Positions 48,686-58,623 of a stretch of 64,000 nt of DNA are shown here, in pieces. The translations under genes were made by a program, and so were the position numbers. The first letter of the stretch is position 1; each line of letters begins with the position of its first letter. Where the stretch lies: assembly GCF_011386835.1 (NCBI RefSeq), contig NC_088795.1, positions 12,276,001 to 12,340,000 on the forward strand, written 5' to 3'. Below the pieces are notes generated by a model. It saw only the letters and a list, made by a program, of their open reading frames with translations, had not been told where the DNA came from and made no database searches. The stretch comes from Chrysemys picta bellii. Its lineage: Eukaryota.

Positions 48686-51600
48686 GGTTACCTGGGAAGA
48701 TGCGATGAGACCTCTCCATGCTGAGCCAGCAGGAAATAGAATTTCAAAAATCCCTGGGGCTTCTAAGGGGGAGGGACAGATGGTTGTTTACCTGGCTGCA
48801 GGACAGTGGAGTTCAAGCTGATGACCAAAGTAGTCACGATGGGCATTGTGGGACACCTCCTGGAGGCCAATTAAAGTGATGAAATCAAGCATGGTGTCTA
48901 CACTGGCACTTTGTCAAGAAAAATTTAGAGAAAAAAGACATACGTCTCTCGTTGGGGTGGTTGTATTTGGTCTCCAAAACCGGGCATTTTTCCCGACAAA
49001 AGTCGCATCGCAGTGTGTATGCATTCACTGTTTTGGTGACAAAAGGCAGTTTTTGATCGACAAAACTTAGTAGCGTAGACAAGGCCTAAGACTCAGAGGC
49101 AGAGTAAGTGGGTTCTAAACACTGTATTGTTAGTAGCCAGCATGCTATATATTGTTAGAGATACAGACCGAAGAAACGTTGAGGATTTTTGTACCATTTC
49201 ACAGCTTCACTCTCCCTCTTTCACACATCCAACAACTAGAAGTCAGACAACTTCTATAACTATGAATAACATTTTAAAAAATAAAATCTCTCTCTCTTAG
49301 AAGGGGGTTAGCACTTTCAAAGCTGAAGTAAAGTATTACAGTTCATAAAGACAGCAACTCTCCAACCTTTAAAGCTCAATCCCGTACATTTTACGTAGCC
49401 AAAACTCTCACTGATTTCAAAAGGTGCATGAGGAAAATGGGATCTGCATTTTATAAGCAGGAGCAACATTAAAAACTTGTCCATCATGCCATTCAGTTGT
49501 CCCCGATTGTAATAGAAATGCTTCATTTTATATACAATATTGCCTGTCCTACAATTACCTTGTAGTAAATTAGTCATCAAAATTGTCAGATCACGAAGCT
49601 GAGGTTATAGATAATATTAGCAATTCTAGAGAGGTCAGTCCCACATTGTTTAAGTATCTAGTCATCTTAGTTTGTTCTTTTCCTTATTTAGGGTCTTTCT
49701 TCTACAGTGTTTCACATTTGGGCCAGCTGGTTACAGGTTACGTTATCCAGATCAGGCACATGTTAATCTTTTATGTTTATATTCCAGCCTATTGCTTTTT
49801 CACAGAAAAGCTAAAGTGTGTGACTTTCAGATATTAGACGATTCATTTTTGCTGTGCCAGGCAATGCAACCCTTAAATATATAAAGCAATAAAATTGTTA
49901 ATCAACGAGAAAACTTGACTCATTTATCTGGTTTGGAACAAGATGTTCTGCATGACCCAATCAATCCAAGACCACCTTTATATGTAAAAATGAAACAAAA
50001 TCTGAAATTATAACCTCTATTTTTGCTTAAGTTGCATCAGGCCAGGTCTGCCTTCCTAGCAAAATATCAAACTGTCCCCTCCTTACACCAATCTCTTCTT
50101 ACAACCCTACTTTATTATTTCAGAAATCTGTGCACCCTCTTTAATATTAATGTGGGCTGGTGTCCAAATGGACCTCAGAACGAAAATTAACTGTGGTCTC
50201 CCCAGACAGATACAGGGGGCCAAACTAATCCACCAAATACAGAACTGCAGGGAAACACAACCCATATTTGTTTCTAACTAAAGAATCTTTCACTCTTGTC
50301 AGGTTGCCACTGTAAAATTACTGTAGCTCTGGGGAAAAAAAGAGCATAGACTCTTGGAACCACTTTCAACCAAGAATTCCAAAATTCGACTTCCCACATC
50401 TCTGGGCAACAGAAATTATAGGAACTTTCATTCTCAAACTCTCTAAAATCTGCCACTATTCACTCCCCTTTATATATATATAGTCTTTAAGTAGTAAGTA
50501 CATGTTGAACTGTACTTGAAAATAGGAGCATGGACTATGGAGTACAGCTTAATAGGCAGCCTGCTCGAAGCACCGCTAAGCAAGTGAGCAGTTGAATTCC
50601 TCACTAGCTGCAGTTTTTGAGTAAACTAACTTTTTCCTCTCGGTCCTATTATAACTACCTTTAACCTTAACTGCCACTCTTATGCTGCTGATACTTAACT
50701 GAACTTGTATTTCAGCTGCTTCTTTACCAACTGCTTTCTGTTGGCTTTCTTGTCTCAAAGCGAGTTTGCAGCTCTCTCTCAACATCCCTCAGTTAACTGT
50801 CTGAAAATGGAAGTCATTCACTTGGACAAGGGCATCCTCAGGAGCAATTCCATCTTCTCCATCCAGATCTCCCATTTGACTCTCCTGTCTGTACCCACTC
50901 GGTTTTCCTTGACTGTGTTTTCCAGTCTCATCTGTCTGATATATGTAAATGTGCATATTAGCTCTGCGCCAACACTGCCTGCATACAATATAACCCTGGT
51001 TGGACTACCCCTCCTCTGAAGTTGTGTGTTTATCTCCTCGCATATTTCAACTCCTTGTCTTTTCACACATTCCAAGGAAAATCAAGGAAGCCAAGCATGA
51101 TAAATATATATATTTAATATTGTTTCTAGACAGGAATATTATATCTTTCTATATTAAATTATGTCTATTATGTCTGACTGCATTTGTATAGAGAACGTAA
51201 ATCTTACTTTCAGAGGATTAAATAAGATATGTATGAAGTACCAGTGGACATGTCTACTCTTCCTGCGAAACACAGAACTGCACAGTGGAGGATACCAGTG
51301 TTCTAGTCTTACACACAGCATCAAAAGAACTGCTGGTGGTCCACATATCCATGACACAAGGATCAGAATCCTATAGGAAGCTTGCTCCCACTTTTCTAGA
51401 TAGGAAGCAGGACTATGAGCAAGACACCCTCCCACTCACACATCTTGCTTTCTTCTTCTGAAAGAGAACTATAGTTTTGTGTCTATACATACGCACATGC
51501 ACACACTATGCAAGGGACCAAGCCCTGCTTTGAACCGAGTTCAATTTAGAATAAGTGAATTATATTGAGTAACAAGAATAACTTTGTTTAGAAAGTATTT

Positions 51601-52559
51601 TTTATGAAAAGGTGTAATACTACCAACCCAGGAGGTATCCTTGAAAGGTCAGTGTTTGGTATGAACAGCCTAGTGAGAACAAACTCAATTTATTCCACAG
51701 CAAAGCCACTAAAACAATAAATATGTATCAGCTCAAATGGAACCACTAATATACAGCTGCTGTTCTTTTCTTTTAATTCAAAAGCTGGCTTTAGCCGTTT
51801 TCTCCCACAATGTTTTGTACTGGGAAACACTATCCTTCCTTAACTGTGATACCAGAGATAGGAGATAGATGTAATTTCATGCTTCTCAGTTATATATATG
51901 CCCTTATTTACCCTTCCTGTGGTTCTCTCTCGTCTTGCACGTTACATGCTTTGGCTATTACAATACTTTGGCTCTGATCTTTCCTTTTCTGCACTTGTTA
52001 TGCCAATTAAATATTGAAAGTCACCTGTGTTGGGCAATACTGTACGTATTTAATCTGCTCTTTAAAACATATCATACTGTATATAAGTGAAATCATGTTA
52101 TTCTCATTTAGCCTCCTAGTTTTCACTGTAATTGTATTATCAAAGGACTAATTTTCTTAATCCTACATATACAGTCTAACCTTCTAAAACATCTAAGGGC
52201 AAGCTTGTACCCTTAAAGAGTAACACCAGCCCCATGGCATAGGTCTAAAAGAGCGGTCATCACTCAATTCTGACCTTACACACAACAAAATAGTTAGGAC
52301 TCTCTAACATTCATCAAGCTGAAATTGGTGGTATAACTAATATGGTTTAGAGCGTGAAGTGCCAAATTAAAAATGCAACGGATCAATACAGTGCATTGAC
52401 CTTGGTCAAGAACAAATGTTATGCCAATGTATTGTGGCTGAGAGGTAATATATATTTCTTAGAAGATATGATATACCTGTACCTACTTAGTGTTCCTTCT
52501 AAATATAATATAAAGCAAATCATACAAGCATAAGCCAGAGCTAATTGTAAATGGCGACA

Positions 52560-53420
52560 GCTCACAAAAGAATGTAGCTTTTTCAATGTATTTTAACAAC
52601 CTAATGGAGGGTTGTTCCTACCTAGTGGTGTATTTTGCTGAAATCGTTGACATTCAAAATATCCATGTTTTAAGCAAGAAAGATAATCTTCAAGAAGACC
52701 TAAACACATTAAGGGAGCGAACTATCAAACAGCTGATAGATTTTAATATGAGCAAATTTAAGAGCCGAGATGGATTGCTTAAAAACTACAATACAAAAAC
52801 TATAACATGTAAGGTAGAATACTGGAATATCCTGGCAAAGAAAGGAAGGTTTCAAGTTAGCACGGATATGAAAATGGACACAATTTGTTCAGTTAAAGCA
52901 CAGAAGATCAAAAGGATTCCAGGCTACATTAGAAGATGTAAATAAACATAAGCAAAACAAGAAAAATTATACCATTGTAGAAGGCCATGGCAAAGCCCAT
53001 CTGGAATACCATGCCCGGTTTCAGGCATATTACTTCCACAACTATGGCCTTGGCTACACTGGCGCTGTATAGCACTGCAACTTGCTGCGCTCAGGGGTGT
53101 AAAAACGCCCCCGCCCTGAGCGCAATGAGCATAGCGCTGTAAAGTGTCAGTGTAATCAGAGCCTGCAGCGCTGCACACTCGCTCGCAGTGCTGCAAGCGA
53201 TTCCCCCCGGAGAGGCGGAGTACATACAGCGCTGTGAAGTCCCGAGTGTAGCCAAGGCCTATGTAGAAATTCTGGAGAAAAGTCCAAAGAAGATGAAAAC
53301 TCAAACAGTAGTGACGGCCTTATCTATGATAGGCTTCTATAAATTGAAAATAAGGCCATTGGGGGAGAGAGATCTTATTGCGGTTTGTTTATGGAAATGG
53401 TCTTTACAACCCAAGAAGCA
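52560..53420 (+). mobile_element. Ancient CR1/L3 RT fragment
   Basis: ORF 52586-52945 is a decayed IFINDL..FADD..LQ.DL..L..FN..K pattern (YFNNL..FAEI..LQEDLNTL..FNMSK), followed by AKPHLEY-like sequence; interrupted by the 53046 MITE. Confidence 0.65.
53046..53259. mobile_element. Harbinger MITE with H2-type termini
   Basis: Perfect TIR GGCCTTGGCTACACT at both ends, TAT TSD, multiple CAGCGCTG subterminal palindromes. Confidence 0.92.
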
Positions 53421-54091
53421 TGCCACTGCAGATTCCCACGATATGGGGAAAGTAGAAATGTTAAAAAATATTAAATTTTGTATAGATGAAAAGGTTTCAG
53501 CCCTTTTTCTTGTGAAGATAAACTTTAAAATGCAAATCAATGTAAAGTAATCATTAGGCCTTTTGGGAATGGAGCATTAAAGGGTATTTTCACACTTCGT
53601 ATGTAAAAAGAGCCTGTTAAGTTGTGGGTATCACCTCCCTTCAAAAACAAACCTAATCTTGTTAAACCTTCCCAAAACCCTTAGGCCTTGGCTACACTTG
53701 TGAGTTACAGCGCTGTAAAGGCTCCCCCAGCGCTGTAACGCACTCCCCATCCACACTGGCAAGGCATTTGCAGCGCTCTATCTCCGTGGTTGCAGCGCTG
53801 CATGTACTCCACCTCCCCGAGAGGAATAGCGAGTATTGCGCTGCCGCTGCAGCGCTGCGGTGCCAGTATGGCCACCCAATGCGCTGTGAATGGCCTCCAG
53901 AATTATTCGACAGTATCCCACAACGCCTGTTCTAGCCACTCTGGTCATCAGTTCAAACTCTACTGCCCTGGCCTCAGGTAACCAACCATGTGACCCACCC
54001 TTTACATTCCCGGGGAATTTTAAAAATCCCCTTCCTGTTTGCTCAGCCCGGCATGGCGTGGAGTGCTATCAGCGAATCTTTCCAGGTGACC

Positions 54092-55650
54092 ATGCCTCCA
54101 CGCGCCAAGCGAGCCCCAGCATGGAGCAATGGCGAGTTGCTGGACCTCATCAGTGTTTGGGGGGGAGGAAGCTGTATAGTCCCAGCTGCGCTCCAGCCGT
54201 AGGAATTACGATACCTTCGGGAAGGTATCAAAGGACATGATGGAAAGGGGCCATGACCGGGACGCCCTGCAGTGCAGGATTAAAGTGAAGGAGCTCTGGA
54301 GTGCCTACCGCAAAGCCTGCGATGCAAACGGCCGCTCGGGTGCTCCCCCTGCGACCTGCCGATTCTACAAAGAGCTGGATGCGATACTTGGGGTTAACCC
54401 CACCTCCACTCCGAGTACCACCATGGACGCTTCAGAGCCTGGGGGGGAGGAAAGGAGAAGGAGGAGGAGGAAAATGGGAGTGATGGTGGTGGGCCGGATG
54501 GAGACACCCTGGAATCCCTGGAGCCAATGCAGCCAGGAGCTCTTCTCGAGCCAGGAGGAAAGTAGCCAATCGCAGCAGCCAGTACTTGGTGGAGGACAAA
54601 CAGAAGAGCAGGTTCCCGGTAAGCAGGGGTTTTTTTCGGGAAGGAAATTTTCGGTGCGGGCTCTTTGGGAGAGGAGGGTTAGGCATACCTAGATGCGGAA
54701 TAATGCATTGATGTGGTTTATCACATTGCGGTAATCGGCCTCGGTAATCTCCTTGAATGTCTCATCCAGAACGTGAGCAATGCACTTGCGCAGGTTTATC
54801 GGGAGAGCCACCGTAGTCCTTGTCCCAGCCAGGCTAACGTGTCTGCGCCACTGTGCCGTGAGGGGCAGGGGGACCATTGCTGCACACAGGCAAGCTACAT
54901 ATGGGCCAGGGTGGAAGCTGCATTGCAGTAGAAGACCCTCCCTTGCTTCCCAGGTCACCCTCAGCTATTATGCTGTTGTGTAGACCCTGTGTGTTTTCTA
55001 CTCCTTAAGTGTGGGGGGAATCATTACTCTGTCTGGTATAAACAATGCTGCCTCTGTTAAATGTTGCATTTTGCCTATACAGCTGCATCAACCTTGAGAC
55101 CTCAGCCATCCCTCTTATCGCCTGCTCAGAGACTGCAAAGACTCAGGAAGAGACCGCGAAAAAGCAAATAAGACATGCTGCAAGAAGTGATGCGGCAATC
55201 TATTAAAGAGAATGAGAAAGCACAGAACTGGAGGGAGAGAGAAAGCAGGATCCGCCAGGAAAACGCAGCGCACCGGCGGCAAAGCACTGCGCACCGGCAG
55301 CAAAGCACTGATAGGCTCATAAGCATCCTGGAGCGCCAAGCAGACGCTATCCAGGAGCTGGTAGCCATGCAGAAAGAGGAGCAGAACCGCAAACGCAAAC
55401 GCCACCCACCCCACAGCCCTTGTCCCAAAACTCTTTCCGTTGTGCCCCACTGTCACCTCCAACCCACTTTCCCCAACTTCTGTGTTCTTCACGCCACCCG
55501 CTGCCTCCAACACCAGTATCTTCACCACCCAGCCCTGAAAACCACGACCCTTACCCTCTGCACTCAACCCCCATCACCATGCAGTATAGCTGTCCTGAAG
55601 TGCAGCACTCACTGCACAGCACACCAGACAGGACATACGCGAATCTGTGA
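54092..55650 (+). pseudogene. H2 Myb/SANT-like gene, spliced, lightly disrupted
   Basis: MPPRAKRAPAWSNGELLDLISVWG/EEAV*SQLRSSRRNY..QCRIKVKEL..TCRFYKELDAILG. 5'UTR intron 53978-54085, coding intron 54619-55082 (gtaag..ctatacag), last exon KRPRKSK*DMLQEV..TYANL*. +1 G at ~54160. Confidence 0.92.
54689..54964 (-). CDS. Third Harbinger gene in H2: BEN-like exon nested antisense in the Myb intron
   Basis: Uninterrupted frame LRVTWEAREGLLLQCSFHPGPYVACLCAAMVPLPLTAQWRRHVSLAGTRTTVALPINLRKCIAHVLDETFKEITEADYRNVINHINALFRI*, gaplessly homologous to H1 47797-48067. No ATG or clear acceptor is retained upstream. Confidence 0.75.
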   Translation of the reverse strand: MRVTWEAREGLLLQCSFHPGPYVACLCAAMVPLPLTAQWRRHVSLAGTRTTVALPINLRKCIAHVLDETFKEITEADYRNVINHINALFRI

Positions 55651-55687
55651 TTGTACCGTTCCCCACTCCACCCCCTTGTTTCTTTTC

Positions 55688-55725
55688 AATAAATGGATTC
55701 TTTGACTTTGAAAACATTCTTTATT
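55688..55725. terminator. Back-to-back polyadenylation signals between the convergent H2 genes
   Basis: AATAAA (+) at 55688-55693 after the Myb stop, and AATAAA (-) at 55720-55725 after the transposase stop. Confidence 0.65.
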
Positions 55726-55847
55726 ATTGCATAAAGTAAAAGACTCCTTAGCCCAGGAAATAAACAGGCACTGCAAGTCTGCTTAGCAAACACCGATTCC
55801 TAAAGATTGGAACTACTGCACTTCACTCCCGTGCACGGCACCAGATA

Positions 55848-57100
55848 TCACTGTTGGTTTTCAGCCTCAAATCGCTCCCTCGAGGCATCCCTAATCCTTG
55901 CAGCCCCGCGCTGGGCCCCTGTAATACCCCTGCTCTCTGACTGTGCAAATTCAGCCTCCAGGTGTTGAACCTCAGAGGTCCATGCCTGAGTGAAGCTTTC
56001 ACCCTTCCCTTCACAAATATTATGGAGGGCACAGCATGTGGATATAACCACGGGGATGCTGTTTTCGGCCAAGTCCAGCTTCCCATACGGAGATCGCCAG
56101 CGGGCCTTTAAATGGCCAAAGGCACTCTCCACAGTCATTCGGCACCGGCTCAGCCTGTAGTTGAACCGTTCCTTGCTGCTGTCAAGGCTCCTGTGTAGGG
56201 TTTCATGAGCCACGGCATTAACGGGTAAGCGGGATCTCCAAGGATCACAATGGGCATTTCAACTTCCCCAACTGTGATCTTCCGCTCTGGGAAAAAAGTC
56301 CCGGCCTGCATCTTCCTGAACAGCCAAGTGTTCTGAAAGATGTGTGCATCATGCACCTTTCCAGGCCAGCCTGTGTACATGTCAATGAAACGCCCACGGT
56401 GATCCACAAGCGCCTGGAAAACCATAGAGAAATACCCCTTCCGATTAACGTACTCGGATCCTAGGTGGGGTGGTGCCAGAATAGGAATGTGCGTCCCATC
56501 TATCGCCCCTCCACAGTTAGGGAACCCCATTTGTGCAAAGCCATCCACTATTTCCTGCACGTTACCCAGAGTCACGGTTCTTCTGAGTAGGATGCGATTA
56601 ATGGCCTTGCAAACTTGTATCAACACGATTCCAACCGTCGACTTTCCCACTCCAAACTGGTTTGCGACCGACCAGTAGCTATCTGGAGTTGCCAGCTTCC
56701 AGATTGCAATAGCCACCCGCTTCTCCACTGGCAGGGCAGCTCTCAATCTCGTGTCCTTGCGCCGCAGGGTAGGGGCAAGCTCCTCACACAGTCCCATGAA
56801 AGTGGCTTTTCTCATCCAAAAGTTCTGCAGCCACTGCTCGTCATCCCAGACTTCCATGACGATGCGATCCCACCCCTCGGTGCTTGTTTCCTGAGCCCAA
56901 AAGCAACATTCCACGGTGCTGAGCATGTCCGTGAATGCCACAAGCAATTTCGTGTCGTATGCGTTATGCGGCTCGATAGCATCGTCAGACTCCTCACCCT
57001 CACTCTCACTGTCACTTTGGATCTTAAGGAATAGTTCGACAACCAAACGTGACGTGCTGGCGAGACTCGTCAGCATACGCCTCAGCAGTTCGGACTCCAT
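55848..57100 (-). pseudogene. H2 Harbinger DDE transposase, one frameshift
   Basis: MESELL..WLQNFWMRKATF..IDGTHIP..NRKGYFSM..GKVHDAHIF..LGDPAYPL..KPYT(G)/SLDSSKERFN..VESAFGHLKARW..LHNIC..ENQQ*. About 417 aa if a 1-nt deletion at ~56190 is repaired. Acceptor ..ctgtgcag at 57120 precedes the ATG. Confidence 0.95.
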
Positions 57101-58326
57101 TTCCCGCAGACAGATCGCGCTGCACAGAAACGGTTGAAAGATGGTGCCAAAGGTGGACGGAAACAAAGGGATTTCTGGGATGCGAAGCGATGCATCACGG
57201 GGCATTGGGACAGGACCCAGAATCCCCCTTCCCACGCCCCCTTCCCACAACCCACGGCGCCAGAATGGGAAAAGGTGCTCTGTGGGATAGCTGCCCATAA
57301 TGCACCGCTCCCAATAGCGCTGCAATTGCCGCAAATGTGGCCACGACCGTGCGCTGGGCAGCTGTCAGTGTGGACAGACTGCAGCGCTTTCCCTACTCAG
57401 CTGCACGCAGTCAGGTTTAACTCACAGCGCTGTACATCTGCGAGTGTAGCCAAGGCCTTGGGCTGGTCCCTTTGTGAATGCATACATTTTGGAGGGGTAG
57501 GAAAATAAATAGTTTGCCAGTCTACCCAAAATTGCTAAAGCTGGATGGGTCTGCTTAAACTCAGCAACCAAAACAAAAAGACACATGGACATGTGTAGAA
57601 AACAAACAAAAGCATGCACTAAAGCAGTCTTGCACATTTTTTAAGGAAATGTAACAACCCATACACCGAATCTTCTCTCTCACCTTTACCAAGCTGGTAA
57701 GGCTAATATAGAATATATTGTGGTCAGGCATGTAAAATAAGTCCTAAGTGAGCTGACAAGCCAAATTTTTCAGGCTGCGTTAAATACATAGAGAACATAT
57801 TCCATCGTAGAGGTTATTCAAGTGTTCTGAATTTTTAACCCCCAAATGTAATTGCAGAAAGCCCCTTAATCAGGTTTGAAAAAAAAGAAATAAAAGGATT
57901 ACTAGAAAACCAGTGTCTTATTGGGGTATAAAGAGCATTATATGCTATGATGATTATTTACATGTAGGGGATTAAATTTTAAAATGATCGAAAATTCCTG
58001 TTTGTCCCCAAATTGGTTTTTCCATGTATTCTTTAATTTATAAATTTAAATTATTTTAAGGATGCGGAAATTATTTTATTAGCAGTTACAGAGATGAAAC
58101 GGATCTTTATCAGAAAACATATGTGACTTTTGTAAATTTCACTTTGTAAGGTAGGTAACAGTGAGCTAATAACAATATTTTATTTAAAACATTATTTGTA
58201 CCAAGGAAAATGCAAGTGAACTATAACCCTACACATGGCTCACTTTTAAGTACTTCTCACTGAGTACTTCTGCAGAAACAGATGGTAGCTATTTGATATG
58301 CATCTCTATTTTAAAGGAAACTCTCA

Positions 58327-58623
58327 GGCCTTGGCTACACTTACCGGCAAGTTCGACGGCTGGAAATCGAACTTCTGGGTTCGACTTATCGCGTCTAGTC
58401 TGGACGCGATAAGTCGAACCCGGAAGTGCTCGCCGTCGACTGCGGTACTCCAGCTCGCCGAGAGGAGTACCGCGGAGTCGACGGGGGAGCCTGCCTGCCG
58501 AGTGTGGACCAAGGTAAGTTTGAACTAATTCGAAATAAGGTACTTCGAACTTCAGCTACGTTATTCACGTAGCTGAAGTTGCGTACCTTAGTTCGAATTA
58601 GGGGGGGTAGTGTAGACCAAGCC
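58327..58623. mobile_element. Harbinger MITE (family A, CpG-rich copy)
   Basis: GGCCTTGGCTACACT / AGTGTAGACCAAGCC, perfect TCA TSD, family-A hairpins. Confidence 0.92.

Larger units (their letters stand above)
45048..49086. mobile_element. Full-length Harbinger transposon H1 (decayed autonomous copy)
   Basis: 30-bp TIRs GGCCTTGTCTAC(A/G)CTAC(A/T)AAGTTTTGTCGA with 2 mismatches, perfect TAA TSD, convergent transposase (+) and Myb/SANT (-) genes. Confidence 0.97.
53684..57457. mobile_element. Full-length Harbinger transposon H2
   Basis: 15-bp perfect TIR GGCCTTGGCTACACT plus ACAGCGCTGT subterminal motifs, TTA/TTG flanks, convergent Myb/SANT (+) and transposase (-) genes, CpG-rich. Confidence 0.97.

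Noticed and set aside
57101-57334. N-terminal extension of the 394-aa ORF 56150-57334
   Set aside because: It starts at a non-ATG codon in the element's subterminal region. The ATG at 57100 aligns with the H1 start and follows a splice acceptor.
42035-57457. CpG-rich patches as a promoter CpG island
   Set aside because: Each patch (42035, 43289, 44517, 53046, 53684-57457) is bounded by TIRs and TSDs, so these are young TEs rather than a host promoter.
4240-58623. Recurring hairpin sequences suggestive of CRISPR repeats or prokaryotic terminators
   Set aside because: Copies are kilobases apart inside TIR-bounded MITEs, with no repeat-spacer array, in a eukaryotic intron.
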